The notes under the pieces were generated by a model, which did no database searches, had not been told where the DNA came from, and saw only the letters and a list, made by a program, of their open reading frames with translations. DNA of 64,000 nt from a virus (Duplodnaviria > Caudoviricetes): positions 64,001 through 128,000 of the IMG/VR virus record IMGVR_UViG_2767802241_000002. The stretch is one strand, 5' to 3'. Made by a program: the position numbers and the translations under genes. Every line of letters starts with the position of its first letter. Position 1 is the stretch's first letter. Below are positions 17,600-28,650 of this stretch, in pieces.

Positions 17600-20500
17600 A
17601 TGGCGAATGGTAATAAGGTAGAAGTAAGTATTGGTGCTAACACTTCCGAGCTTAAAACTGGCATGAAAGAGTCAGGTGAGGTTGTTAGTAAAACTGTAAA
17701 AGAAATGGAGAATGCTGGTAAAAGCCTGAAAATTAATATTGATACATCTATTATTGAAAAAAGTTTTACAGATATGTCTCGTAATGTGCAGGGCAATATG
17801 CAAAAACTTAGCACGAATATTAGTGATTCATTTAATAAAAGCTTTGCTTCGATTTCCAGCTCATTTAAATCTGTGAGTACGCTTTTAGCTGGTACCCTAA
17901 CTGTTAGTAATGTCATTGATATGGCAGATAGCTATGGGCAAATGGGTGCGCAGATTCGTAAAGCTTCTACTGATATGGTTGAATACAATAAAGTCCAAGA
18001 TCATTTACTAGAAACAGCAAATACAACATATCGCTCACTTGAAGAAGCACAACAGGTTTACCTTGATGTGGGTGGTGCTTTAAAGGCGTTTGGATCCACC
18101 ACAGAAGAAGCTTTGCGTATTACTGACAGCTTATCGTTTAGTTTTACCCATAACGCAACAGCATCAGATAAAGCGGCATCAGCAACCAACGCTTTTATGA
18201 AAAGTATTTATAGCAATAAGGTTTCTGGTGATGCCTTTGTCACTATGCTATCAGCTATACCAAGCATTGTTGATGATTTATCTACAAGCATGGGGGAATC
18301 TAAAGATAAAATTCTTGAAATGGGGAATGCAGGCAAGATCACAGGCAACCAGCTCAAGAAAGCTTTTAATGATAGTCGCGAGGCAAATGAGGGCTTTGCT
18401 AATGATATGGAAAACAGTGTTAATGATGGCTTGCGCGTACTAAAGACTGAATTGACCGTATTTATTGGTAAGGCCAATGAGGCGCATGCAGTTACCGGAA
18501 AAATAGCTGCCGTGCTTGTTGCTCTAGGTAAAAATATTAGTACTGTTGTTGCGGGAGTCAGTGCTGTAGCTGCAGTGTTGGCGACTAAATATATTACACA
18601 GATGGCACTATCGATCAAGACGACAGTTGCTGCTACTATCGAAAATATTAGAAATCAGGCGAGTTTGGCCGGTTTATCCGCCCAAGCAACGTTAACAACA
18701 CGTAGTCTAGCTGTATTACGTGGTGCAATGGCGGTGCTCGGCGGTCCTGCTGGCTTAGGTATGTTGGCGGTGCAAGGTATTGCAGCTGGCGCTGCATTCT
18801 TATATCTGAAAAAAAGTAGCGATCAAGTAGAACCATCGCTTGAAAGTCAGGGTAAATCTGTTGCTGAGCTAAAGGCAGAATATGATCGCTTAGATGCCGC
18901 CCAACAGCGCGTACTGACGCGTCAGACCAAGGCTGATCTTACAACTGCAGAAGAAGGTTTTAAAAAGCAAGAGATTGCTTTATTGGGCTTAGTACGCGCC
19001 GTGATCAACCATTCTGATGCTACATATGAGGATAAGAAAAAGGCCAAAGAACTATATGACCAGTATCTTGATGGCAAGATCAAAGCTGATCAGCTTGCAA
19101 CCGGTATCAATAATCTTAAGTCGGTCGAAGAAAAGCATAAATCTACTATTGATGAAAAATCAAAATCTTTGACTAAAGAGCAAGAAGCAGTCTTTAAAGC
19201 ATTGGATGTACTGAAGTCATATAGCAATGTGACGCGTCAATCAACGATTGATAATAAAGCACATACCAATTCAGTCAATGAAAAAGCTAACGCTTATGCA
19301 AATTTAACTGAGAAACAGCGTCAATATGTAGATGGTGTTAATAAGACAGCTGGGCGTGAACGTTATGTACAGACTAATATGGCAGTTACTGGCATATCGC
19401 GTGAGCGTGCAGAACATCGTGCTGATGCGCGTGAAGCTGCTGGTATGGGATTTACCAATAAAGATGGTGTGATGCCAAAGGAGCTTCTGGATGCCGAGCA
19501 AGCCTCATGGGACCTTAAGCAGCAGGAAAAAGCACGGCAAGAGGCGGAAAAAAAAGCCTTAGATGCAAAAAAGAAAAGTGAGGCGGCAAATAATAAGCAG
19601 ACCGGTAATCGTCTAGTTGGTCTTGTTGGGAGTACTGGGCGTAGCACGGGTAACCATCTTCATTTGCAATACCCCAAAGGATCAGGGAAAGGCGGTGTTA
19701 CTGCACAAGACATGGCTTTGTTACAGTTAGGGGGGCAGACGCTTAAACCAAGTATGTCTAAACACCCATACGGTGAAGACAGGGGGAGCCGAGGAAAGCA
19801 CGGGGGCTGGGATTTTTCTGCACCAGCTGGTACAGAAATTACGACGAATGCCGCCGTGAAAGATGTACAAAAAATGGTGTCTGAAACAGGTGGTTATACT
19901 TCAAGGGTATTTTTTGAGAATGGTGTGGTGCTTGATTTAATGCATCAGATCCCAGCAATGATGCAAAAAGTTAAAGGTGGTGCTAGTAAAGGGAGTAATA
20001 CCTCATCAAGTAAAGATAGCTATCAAGCATTCGTTGATGCTGAAAAAAACAAGCTAAACCTACAGCACAAATACGCTTCACAGAGAAAACAGGTCGAGCT
20101 TGATTTAGAGGAGGAATTGGCGGCGATTCGAGAGTCAACTTTAAGCAAAAGCGAAAAAGAAGACTTTGCTGTAAAAGCTAAAAAAGAAGCTGCCGACAAG
20201 ATCAAGGCGATCGAGCTGGAGGAGTTGGAAAATACTCAAGATATGTCTGAACAGATTATTGAGGGTAAAGAGCTACTGGCACAGCGGATCTACGAGCTGG
20301 AAATGGCACAGACTCAGGCTTTATTTGAAGCTAAGCAAATCTCCAATTCGCAGAGACTGCAGCTTGAGAAGCAGCTGGAAGATAAGCTTTATCAAACTAA
20401 GCGGAATGCCTTGGAAGATCGCTTATCACTGGAAATGAGCAAGAGTGCTTTTAGTGGTAAGAGTGACGGCGTACATAATGCCAATGAAAGCATAGCGGCT

Positions 20501-21349
20501 CTAGATAATGAAAAGACCATTTCTGACACCTTAATGCCTGGTCTGATTAATGATGCTCAAATGAAAGATTTTGAAGATAAATTTGGTGGCTTAACCAATC
20601 GGATCTCTGGTCTTTGGGATAAAGGCATTCAAGCCATGATGAATGGTACCTTGACTTGGAGCAATGCGACTAACGCCGTTTTAACAGATATGGCTGGATT
20701 CTTTCTTCAGAAGATGGTGACTGAACCATTGCGCGTCTATATGACAGGTTTAGCTCAACGTATGGCGATAAAGCTAGGTTTTATTAAAACTGAAACGGCG
20801 GCTGAAGTTGGTGGGCAAGCAGCTCAAACAACTGCAGTAGTTGCAGGTGAAGGAGTTAAAACGGCAGCTACGGCGACTGGTGTATTGGCACGTTTGGCGC
20901 TTAAGGCTGGCGAAGCAATTAAATCGATCATGATGTATGCATGGGAAGCAATGGCTGGGGCATTCAAAGCGATGGTATCAATCCCATATATTGGGCCATT
21001 TCTCGCCGTAGGTGCTGGCGCTGCAGCATTAGCATTGGTTGGTGGTTTAGCCGGTAAAATTAAGTCTGCTCGCGGTGGTTATGATATTCCTGCGGGTGTG
21101 AATCCAGTAACCCAATTGCATGAAGAAGAAATGGTGTTGCCCAAACAACATGCCAACACCATTCGTGCTTTAGGGCGATCAATGCGTAATGGCGGAATGG
21201 AACAACCTGCAATGGCTGGTGATGGTGGTGGTATGTCTACGATTAATATTCAAGCATGGGATTCTAGCGATATTCGCCGTTTTATGCGTAAGCATGGGCG
21301 TGAGTTGGCTGGTGGTCTAAAGGGGTATGGTCGTAACTTTGGTAAATGA
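17600..21349 (+). CDS. Tape measure protein with internal M23-like peptidase motifs
   Basis: 1249 aa, helical and Ala-rich; GSTGRSTGNHLH and HGGWD motifs; ARGGYDIPAG..TQLHEEEMVLP C-terminus. Confidence 0.92.
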   Translation: MANGNKVEVSIGANTSELKTGMKESGEVVSKTVKEMENAGKSLKINIDTSIIEKSFTDMSRNVQGNMQKLSTNISDSFNKSFASISSSFKSVSTLLAGTLTVSNVIDMADSYGQMGAQIRKASTDMVEYNKVQDHLLETANTTYRSLEEAQQVYLDVGGALKAFGSTTEEALRITDSLSFSFTHNATASDKAASATNAFMKSIYSNKVSGDAFVTMLSAIPSIVDDLSTSMGESKDKILEMGNAGKITGNQLKKAFNDSREANEGFANDMENSVNDGLRVLKTELTVFIGKANEAHAVTGKIAAVLVALGKNISTVVAGVSAVAAVLATKYITQMALSIKTTVAATIENIRNQASLAGLSAQATLTTRSLAVLRGAMAVLGGPAGLGMLAVQGIAAGAAFLYLKKSSDQVEPSLESQGKSVAELKAEYDRLDAAQQRVLTRQTKADLTTAEEGFKKQEIALLGLVRAVINHSDATYEDKKKAKELYDQYLDGKIKADQLATGINNLKSVEEKHKSTIDEKSKSLTKEQEAVFKALDVLKSYSNVTRQSTIDNKAHTNSVNEKANAYANLTEKQRQYVDGVNKTAGRERYVQTNMAVTGISRERAEHRADAREAAGMGFTNKDGVMPKELLDAEQASWDLKQQEKARQEAEKKALDAKKKSEAANNKQTGNRLVGLVGSTGRSTGNHLHLQYPKGSGKGGVTAQDMALLQLGGQTLKPSMSKHPYGEDRGSRGKHGGWDFSAPAGTEITTNAAVKDVQKMVSETGGYTSRVFFENGVVLDLMHQIPAMMQKVKGGASKGSNTSSSKDSYQAFVDAEKNKLNLQHKYASQRKQVELDLEEELAAIRESTLSKSEKEDFAVKAKKEAADKIKAIELEELENTQDMSEQIIEGKELLAQRIYELEMAQTQALFEAKQISNSQRLQLEKQLEDKLYQTKRNALEDRLSLEMSKSAFSGKSDGVHNANESIAALDNEKTISDTLMPGLINDAQMKDFEDKFGGLTNRISGLWDKGIQAMMNGTLTWSNATNAVLTDMAGFFLQKMVTEPLRVYMTGLAQRMAIKLGFIKTETAAEVGGQAAQTTAVVAGEGVKTAATATGVLARLALKAGEAIKSIMMYAWEAMAGAFKAMVSIPYIGPFLAVGAGAAALALVGGLAGKIKSARGGYDIPAGVNPVTQLHEEEMVLPKQHANTIRALGRSMRNGGMEQPAMAGDGGGMSTINIQAWDSSDIRRFMRKHGRELAGGLKGYGRNFGK

Positions 21350-21359
21350 GGAGTGAGAT

Positions 21360-22010
21360 GTGTCTGATGTATTGTTTCCTGAATTGCCGGGGTTGGAATG
21401 GGACTTAACCAAAGCCCCAAGCTTTAATACTAAAATCATGACCTCGATCAATGGTCGTGAACTTAGAGCAAGTTATCAGGCCATCCCTAAATATGACATT
21501 ACTTTGTCCTTTGGGTTCCTGCGGGAGTCCAAAGGGCGAACTGAGCTGCAGCAACTTGAAGGCTTCTTTTTAGAACGCCGTGGTGCTTTTGATTCATTCT
21601 TGCTGAAGATGCCAGATGATCATCAATTTGACTGTACCTATATTGGCGATGGCTACACAAGCATTTTTCAGCTTTATAAAAACATGCATACGGCGCAAAT
21701 CCCATTGAGTCATAGCCAGTCTTTTTCACGACCAGTAAACCCATTGATGTGGAATAAGAGACCAGTGAAATCGATGTGGGATGGTAATGCTCAAAAGCCA
21801 ATGTGGAATAAAGCCACGGCGGGTGTCACCAAAAATGGTCAGGTCATATTGTCTGAGCCGCTAGAAGATGGACAAACGATGTCGATCAGCGGCACTTATT
21901 ACTATCGCTGCCGCTTTAAAGATGATGAGCAGCAATATACCAATTTCATGTATAAGCTCTGGAAAGCCAATAAGGTGCAATTGGTAGGATCATTGGGGAA
22001 TAAGCTATGA
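21360..22010 (+). CDS. Distal tail protein (DUF2460-like)
   Basis: FFLERRGAFDSFLLKMPDD; YYYRCRF. Confidence 0.8.
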   Translation: MSDVLFPELPGLEWDLTKAPSFNTKIMTSINGRELRASYQAIPKYDITLSFGFLRESKGRTELQQLEGFFLERRGAFDSFLLKMPDDHQFDCTYIGDGYTSIFQLYKNMHTAQIPLSHSQSFSRPVNPLMWNKRPVKSMWDGNAQKPMWNKATAGVTKNGQVILSEPLEDGQTMSISGTYYYRCRFKDDEQQYTNFMYKLWKANKVQLVGSLGNKL

Positions 22011-22864
22011 GAAAAGCCTCAGCAAAACTTATTGCATTATTAGATGCTGATCAGTTCTTGATGGCTGATCTATACACGATTACGACCATTCAGGGTGATG
22101 TTTATCGTTATACCAATTTTGATACACATTTAACGGTGAGTGGTTTGCTCTATCGCGCAGATGGTCCAATCATTAGCCGTGAAGGCATATCACTGTCATT
22201 AGGTGTGGAAGTAGACTCGCTATCTATTTCGATTCAAGTTACCGGTGAAGAATCATTAGATCAAATTCGCATGGTACAGGCATTTCATAACGGCGTATTG
22301 GATGGTGCGCGCTTCAAGTTGGAGCGTGTATTTTTAAATTATATGAATCCCGGTGATACCAGCGCCGGAACTATTAAGTTATTTGAGGGGCGCATCATTG
22401 AGCCTGAATTTGATCGTAATAGTATTGATGCGCATGTGGCATCGGATACCGATGTTTTAAATGTGCAGATGCCGCGTAATCTTTACCAGCCAAGCTGCTT
22501 AAACACCTTATTTGACGGTGGCTGTGGATTATTGCGATCAGAATACGCCGTGAATGCAACGCTTGAGACTGGTAGTACGGAATATCGATTGCTATGTCAG
22601 CTAAGTCAGCCGCAAGGTTGGTTTACGCAAGGTGTTGTTGAATTTACCCAAGGTGTAAATAAAGGTCTTAAACGTACAGTGCGACTACATGAGTCGGGCG
22701 CATTGTTATTGACTCTACCCTTGCTAGATATGCCTGCGGTGGGTGAGCTTATTAAGGTTTATCCAGGATGTGATAAGCGGCTTGATACCTGCATGAATCG
22801 ATTTAACAACCGTGATCATTTTCGTGGGCAACCTTTTATACCAGTACCGGAGACCGCAGTTTAA
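22007..22864 (+). CDS. Tail tip hub protein (DUF2163/BR0599-like)
   Basis: CLNTLFDGGCGL..YPGCDK..C..RFNN..FRGQPFIP. Confidence 0.85.
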   Translation: MRKASAKLIALLDADQFLMADLYTITTIQGDVYRYTNFDTHLTVSGLLYRADGPIISREGISLSLGVEVDSLSISIQVTGEESLDQIRMVQAFHNGVLDGARFKLERVFLNYMNPGDTSAGTIKLFEGRIIEPEFDRNSIDAHVASDTDVLNVQMPRNLYQPSCLNTLFDGGCGLLRSEYAVNATLETGSTEYRLLCQLSQPQGWFTQGVVEFTQGVNKGLKRTVRLHESGALLLTLPLLDMPAVGELIKVYPGCDKRLDTCMNRFNNRDHFRGQPFIPVPETAV

Positions 22865-23286
22865 TGAGAAACCTAGATGCAGTAGCTGAGGCTATGACTT
22901 GGCTGGGTACGCCGTATCACCATCAAGGGCGGGTGAAAGGTGTTGGTGTGGATTGCGGAACTTTAATTTGTGAAGTGTATGAGCGTGTTGGGCTAATGGA
23001 TCATTTAGATCCGCGCCCATATCCACCAGACTGGCATATGCATCAACTTGGTCAACGCTATCTTGAGCATGTGAAAAGTGTCTGCTTTGAAGTTACTGAG
23101 CCGCAGCCGGGTGATATTGTTTTATACCATTTTGGCAAGTGCATTAGCCACGGCGCAATTGTTGTTGAATGGCCCACGATCATTCATTCGTATATCCATC
23201 AAGGTGTCATTCTCCAAGATGGTACCAAAGGAAGTTTAGCCCGGCGAATAGCTGGGTTTTTTCGTATGAAGAGGCTAAAAGAATAA
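22864..23286 (+). CDS. Tail-associated NlpC/P60 peptidase
   Basis: WLGTPYHHQGRVKGVGVDC..SHGAIV. Confidence 0.88.
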   Translation: MRNLDAVAEAMTWLGTPYHHQGRVKGVGVDCGTLICEVYERVGLMDHLDPRPYPPDWHMHQLGQRYLEHVKSVCFEVTEPQPGDIVLYHFGKCISHGAIVVEWPTIIHSYIHQGVILQDGTKGSLARRIAGFFRMKRLKE

Positions 23287-25775
23287 TGGGCGGACTTTTT
23301 AAAGGTGCAACGATCAGCATGTCTGATACCCGCATTAACTCGATGCGGATTCAGCAATCAGCCTATGGTCTATGTCAGCCACTGGTGTATGGTAAGACAC
23401 GCATCACGGCTAATATGTTTTGGTACGGCGATTTCACTGCCATAGCACATACTACAACCACTAAATCGGGCGGTAAGGGCGGTAAAACCAAAACACGTAA
23501 TACCACCTATACCTATAGCGCATCATTAATGCTGGGGCTATGTGAGAATCCAATTAAAGATATTGGTATCGTGTGGCGTAATAAAGAACAATTGGTTGAA
23601 AAGCAAGAAAATGGAATTAAATTGCAGCCGATCGATCAACTTGGTTTTGAGTTGTTTGATGGCAAGAATAATTCTCGATGGGGTTATTTACAGACCAAAC
23701 ACCCCGATGAAGCACTGAATTATCCATATCTTGGCTATGTGGCCAGTGCCAATTACGACCTAGGTGATAGTGCAAGCCTCTCAAATCACACCTTTGAAGT
23801 GATTAGTACTATTACGCTTTCAGATACGATCCATGATGCTAATCCAGCTGATGTGATCAAAGACTTTATAACAAATCCGCAGTACGGCGCAGCGCCCAAT
23901 ATTAACATTGAAGATTTATCGGAATTTCGCACCTACTGTCGGGCTGCTAATTTATTGATTAGTCCTGCGTTTACGGAGCAGAACAAAGCAGCAGAAACCA
24001 TTGATGAAATTGTTAATGCGGTAAATTGCGCCGTAGTGCCAAGCCCAGATGGTCTAAAAATTAAATCGTTTGGAGATAGCGCAATCACGGGAAATGGTGT
24101 GACATTCACGCCAGATCTAGCACCGGTCTATCACCTTACCGACGATGATTTTATCGGTGAAGACGAACCAATTAGAGTGCGCCGTAGCCGTGATACCGAT
24201 GCTTATAACCACACTCAGATTGAGTATGTGAATCGTTACAACCAATACAACACTGAAACTGTAGAGGCTAAAGATCAGGCAAATATAGAAATGTTTGGCT
24301 TACGCACTGAAGATCCGGTGAAGCAAGCATTCTTTTGTGAGCCTAAGATCGCTAGACATGCCTGCCAGCTCCGCCTGCAGCGTTTGCTGTATGTGCGCAA
24401 TGAGTACGAGTTTAAATTGGGGTGGAAATATTGCCGTCTTGAGCCAATGGATATCGTAACGCTCACAGATTGGGACATAGGGCTTAATCGCTTTCCTGTT
24501 CGCATAACTCGCGTAGAAGAAGATGATGAAGGCTTGCTGACAGTCACGGCTGAAGAATTAGCTATCGGCTCCAGATCTGCTGTTGAATACGATTTGCAAT
24601 CGTCAAATGGATACCAAGGCGGTAATGAAGAGCCGGGAAATGTAAATGCGCCAGTAATCTTTGAGCCACCATTAGAGTTAACCGGCGGCCAAAATGCGAT
24701 TTATGTGGCTGTATCTGGTGGTATCAATTGGGGTGGTTGTAATGTTTGGGCCAGCTTAGATAATGCGACCTATGAAATGATTGGCACTGTATACGGATCA
24801 GCACGTTACGGGTATCTCAAAGATGGGGTTGATGCTGAAGCAACCTCAATGCAAGTACAGTTAAATACTTCAGGACAGATATTTGGTGGGACTTTGGCTG
24901 ATGCTCAAGTCGATGCAACGCTGTGCAAGCTCGGTGATGAGTATGTCAATTATCAACAGGCAACTTTAAATGGAGCGGGTTTATATACGCTAGATGGACT
25001 ACTGCGTGGTCGTTTTGATGATGCGCAGGCACATAATACCGGTGAGTCATTTGTGCGTATCGATCGGGCCATCTTTGAGTATTCAATCAATAGTAATTTA
25101 ATTGGTAAGCGTATTTACTTGAAATTCACCAGCTTCAATGGTCTACAGCAAAAAGAGCAATCACTAGATGAGGTATCAGCATATAGCTATACGGTTAAGG
25201 GTGGAAAACCTGCAGGTGTCAAAGGTTTATCCCTACAGTCGCCGTTTCTCGGTACGAGCTTTAAAGTGCAGTGGCTCAGTGCAACGGGTGCGATTGGTTA
25301 CGCCGTGCAAGTCTGGTCGAATGGCCGGATGCTGCGAGAAGTGGACGCAGCAAACTTGGACTATAGCTACTCTATTGAGGAAGCGAAAGTCGACGGCATT
25401 GAGCGTTCATATGATATTCGTGTCGCCAGTAAGAATAGGGATGGCATAAGCAGCTACGCTGAGCTTTCAATTAGCAACCCAGTGCCAGATAAACTATTAA
25501 ATGTTTATAGCTCGGCAACTAAGGATTCAGTAACTATAAGTTGGGTGCCAAGCGATGCACCGGATTTAAAGGATTATGAGGTTTGGATTAGTACAGATGC
25601 AAACTTTAATCCTGAACGAACTGCATCCGCGTGGATCGGTACTGCGACTACATGCACGATCAGCAATCTGCAATCAACCACAACGTACTATGTGCGTGTA
25701 GCTGCACGTGACGTATGGAAAGCAACAACTTGGAATTATTCAGATCGGATTACACAATCTACAGCTGAGGCTTAG
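23286..25775 (+). CDS. Tail tip/central fibre protein with C-terminal FN3-like domain
   Basis: SAYGLCQPLVYG; LEPMDIV; TTTYYVRVAARD. Confidence 0.85.
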   Translation: MGGLFKGATISMSDTRINSMRIQQSAYGLCQPLVYGKTRITANMFWYGDFTAIAHTTTTKSGGKGGKTKTRNTTYTYSASLMLGLCENPIKDIGIVWRNKEQLVEKQENGIKLQPIDQLGFELFDGKNNSRWGYLQTKHPDEALNYPYLGYVASANYDLGDSASLSNHTFEVISTITLSDTIHDANPADVIKDFITNPQYGAAPNINIEDLSEFRTYCRAANLLISPAFTEQNKAAETIDEIVNAVNCAVVPSPDGLKIKSFGDSAITGNGVTFTPDLAPVYHLTDDDFIGEDEPIRVRRSRDTDAYNHTQIEYVNRYNQYNTETVEAKDQANIEMFGLRTEDPVKQAFFCEPKIARHACQLRLQRLLYVRNEYEFKLGWKYCRLEPMDIVTLTDWDIGLNRFPVRITRVEEDDEGLLTVTAEELAIGSRSAVEYDLQSSNGYQGGNEEPGNVNAPVIFEPPLELTGGQNAIYVAVSGGINWGGCNVWASLDNATYEMIGTVYGSARYGYLKDGVDAEATSMQVQLNTSGQIFGGTLADAQVDATLCKLGDEYVNYQQATLNGAGLYTLDGLLRGRFDDAQAHNTGESFVRIDRAIFEYSINSNLIGKRIYLKFTSFNGLQQKEQSLDEVSAYSYTVKGGKPAGVKGLSLQSPFLGTSFKVQWLSATGAIGYAVQVWSNGRMLREVDAANLDYSYSIEEAKVDGIERSYDIRVASKNRDGISSYAELSISNPVPDKLLNVYSSATKDSVTISWVPSDAPDLKDYEVWISTDANFNPERTASAWIGTATTCTISNLQSTTTYYVRVAARDVWKATTWNYSDRITQSTAEA

Positions 25776-25791
25776 ATTTTTAGTTTCAACC

Positions 25792-25818
25792 AAAACCCAC
25801 CACACGGTGGGTTTTTTT
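25792..25818 (+). terminator. Intrinsic terminator
   Basis: AAAACCCACC-ACAC-GGTGGGTTTT followed by T run. Confidence 0.75.
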
Positions 25819-25831
25819 ATGGGGTAATGAA

Positions 25832-28318
25832 ATGCCAATACCATCAAAAGAGCAAATGACTGGAAGCAATGTTTCCGAATCGCAGTTTAAAAGTGGAATG
25901 GATAATATTGTTGATTATCTAAAAGATGCCGAACAAGAGAGTTTAATTCTAGATGAAGAAAGTCAGCTGAAGCTATTTAAGCCTACAGTTGGACGCCACG
26001 CCAAAACTTTAGATAGTGGAAAGGTCTGGCGCTGGGACGGCGCACGCTGGAATGATGCGGGGCTGAGTGATTTAGATTTGGCGAAAGATATTATCAACAA
26101 CCCTGTTTTAGTATTTACAACATCAATTTCAGTTGACAGCGATGGCGTTGTAACTATTCCGTCTTTCTATGCAATGAAAGTCGGTGCTATGAAACTATAT
26201 GATAGTGAATTCATTTTTGCACCAGAGGGATACGGATATGCTTATACTCTTTATTATAATTTCGATACGCATGAAATAACATTCTCGCAAGCAAGTGTTC
26301 GCCCGAAAAGTGGTAGTGAAACTTTGATCGGTGTTGCGTATCATGGCCGCTTCGCATCTGAATATGCTGTTAAGTATAAGAATGAAACAAATGTAATTCC
26401 CAAGCTATCTAATGAAGTGCTTAATGCACGTTTAGTTCCTGAGTTACCACTTGACTTTCTTTATGCATTTAATAGTCCAGACAGTCCAGATTCCGCACCA
26501 GTTGTTGCTATTAACGACACAACGTTGCAGAGCCTTGGTATTCGACATGCTCAAAAGTTAGATCCGCTTGGAAAGCGTGGTGGTTTTGCACAAGTATCTT
26601 TGTTTGATCGCAAAATAAGAAACAGTATGCACTATATACTAGCTATTCTAGTTTGCGATCCTACGGGTGTATTTGACTTCGGTACGGGTGGTGGTGCAAG
26701 GGCGTATTTCGGAAAAGCAAGCGCAAACAACTCAGATTATGCAAACTTTAAAACATTAGATGCTAGAGAATTTGACTTCAATCAGCTTAGCTCAACTGTA
26801 CGATTATACTTTTCAGAGCAACGTAATGTTGTTCTAGATCAAGCTAAGTACCCTGACTCTTATATAAATAATAGTCTGATTGGCGCACGTGTAGGCGCTG
26901 ATGCTCCAAATGTAATGTACATCAGCGGGTACTGGATCTCATATACTGCTGACATTAAAGGCTACAAGTCTCAGATTTCACTATCAGATACTTACTACCC
27001 GTCTTTTGAGCGCGTGAGTGATGCAACAATTCTGAGTTATTTGTATTTACGCAGTGTAAAAAATACTGCTGATGTATCAAAGATAAATAGTGAATTAAGA
27101 GGGTTAGAAGAGAAAAAGCAAGATAAGTTTACATCAACATTGCAAAGTCTTTATGCTGATTTACACAATCCATTGATGTCTGTGAATATTAAGTTAGTTG
27201 GTGACTCAATCACATGGGGGACAGGTGCAAGCAATGTTTCTGCATCATCCCCACGAACAGGGAGGTTAACTGATCCACGAAATACCACAGACCCAAAAAG
27301 CCCAACTTGGGCTAACTTATTGCGCCAGTATTTGGTAACCACGTTTACAGATGGGCAGTTGATAGAAGATGCACCAGGTAGTGCGTATGGTGAAAGTGAA
27401 AATATAATTATTCTCTCTAAAGATGCAAATCTATTCAAATTTGCAAATCCTAATAAAACTGTAAAATTTACAACGGAATATATAAGAACGTTAATCAAAG
27501 GTGCAGCAGTAGATAGCAAGGAATATTTAGATATTGTTCCACCAACTTATCCATCAAATTATCCTTCTGAATTTTCATTTGAAATGAATGGTTCGGGTTT
27601 TAAGATTGTTTTGGCTAAATTCGCAACAGGTACACCAGAGACATATTTTGCGAATGTTTATATTGATGGCGTTCTGCATAAAAAGATTGAGCTTACTGCT
27701 GATACAACTGCATTTAATTATGAAGAAGTTATAACACTACCAAATAACGGTAAGCATTTAATTACGATCAAAAATGAAAGTTCAATAATGAGTGCTATGC
27801 GTATTCAGAATATAGTTGTCAAAAAATCTGTAAAAGTAAGTAATGACGGAATTATTGGAAGTACGACAAAATCCTGGTTAGAACGTGTCAAGTTATCTGA
27901 GTCAATTAAACATAATGATGATTATGTATTTGTGCAGCTTGGTACAAATAACCGTGGATATGGTAGTGCTAATGATTATTCACTAAACTCTTTTTCAACT
28001 GAACTTCGAAAAATTGTTGATGATATAGATACATTATCAAACGGCAATGCAAAAGTTATTCTAATGTGTGCTAACGCGGTCACATTAAATGACTATCCGA
28101 CGTCAGAAAATAATCAACATAGTTCAATGAAAACAATCAACTCAGCAATTAAGCAAATCGCTGATGAAAAGAAATTAAGCTTTATTAGTAATTATGAAGC
28201 AACCCAGCAATTGAAGCTTGATAAAGTTGATTTCTTAAAAGATGGATTGCATCCGAATGATTACGGCTATCGAGTGATGTTTGAGAATATAAAGCGAAAT
28301 ATTGTTGATCAAAAATAG
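25832..28318 (+). CDS. Tail spike/receptor-binding protein with SGNH hydrolase domain
   Basis: GDSITWG, QLGTNN and DGLHPN blocks; N-terminal GKVWRWDG anchor-like segment; last tail gene. Confidence 0.82.
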   Translation: MPIPSKEQMTGSNVSESQFKSGMDNIVDYLKDAEQESLILDEESQLKLFKPTVGRHAKTLDSGKVWRWDGARWNDAGLSDLDLAKDIINNPVLVFTTSISVDSDGVVTIPSFYAMKVGAMKLYDSEFIFAPEGYGYAYTLYYNFDTHEITFSQASVRPKSGSETLIGVAYHGRFASEYAVKYKNETNVIPKLSNEVLNARLVPELPLDFLYAFNSPDSPDSAPVVAINDTTLQSLGIRHAQKLDPLGKRGGFAQVSLFDRKIRNSMHYILAILVCDPTGVFDFGTGGGARAYFGKASANNSDYANFKTLDAREFDFNQLSSTVRLYFSEQRNVVLDQAKYPDSYINNSLIGARVGADAPNVMYISGYWISYTADIKGYKSQISLSDTYYPSFERVSDATILSYLYLRSVKNTADVSKINSELRGLEEKKQDKFTSTLQSLYADLHNPLMSVNIKLVGDSITWGTGASNVSASSPRTGRLTDPRNTTDPKSPTWANLLRQYLVTTFTDGQLIEDAPGSAYGESENIIILSKDANLFKFANPNKTVKFTTEYIRTLIKGAAVDSKEYLDIVPPTYPSNYPSEFSFEMNGSGFKIVLAKFATGTPETYFANVYIDGVLHKKIELTADTTAFNYEEVITLPNNGKHLITIKNESSIMSAMRIQNIVVKKSVKVSNDGIIGSTTKSWLERVKLSESIKHNDDYVFVQLGTNNRGYGSANDYSLNSFSTELRKIVDDIDTLSNGNAKVILMCANAVTLNDYPTSENNQHSSMKTINSAIKQIADEKKLSFISNYEATQQLKLDKVDFLKDGLHPNDYGYRVMFENIKRNIVDQK

Positions 28319-28365
28319 TATGGCGCATATAGCGTCTTTTTTTACGTCTAAATTCAGGAAAGATC

Positions 28366-28650
28366 ATGTCTGAAAACAGTAGTGTTGTCGTCGAAACGGC
28401 GTCAGCAGCAGTAACTTCTTTGTCCTCAAAAACTGCAATGGTCGGCGGCAGTGTCGGCTTTGTTGCATGGTTTGCATCACTTGATTGGATTGCAATAGTC
28501 AGTATCTGCGTTGCAGTTGTTGGTGGTGTAATCAGCGTTTGCAATTTCTTTGTAAATCTCAAATATCAACGTCAAAAAAATAAACGTGAGCAGGAGATTC
28601 ATGAGCTCACAAAGCGAAAACTGGAAGGGGATTGCAATGTCAAAAAGTAA
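28366..28650 (+). CDS. Holin
   Basis: Two hydrophobic segments and basic tail; upstream of endolysin. Confidence 0.8.
   Translation: MSENSSVVVETASAAVTSLSSKTAMVGGSVGFVAWFASLDWIAIVSICVAVVGGVISVCNFFVNLKYQRQKNKREQEIHELTKRKLEGDCNVKK

Noticed and set aside
10849-24547. Many minus-strand and shifted-frame ORFs of 60-140 aa inside structural genes
   Set aside because: Shadow ORFs of well-supported genes, with no RBS or motifs
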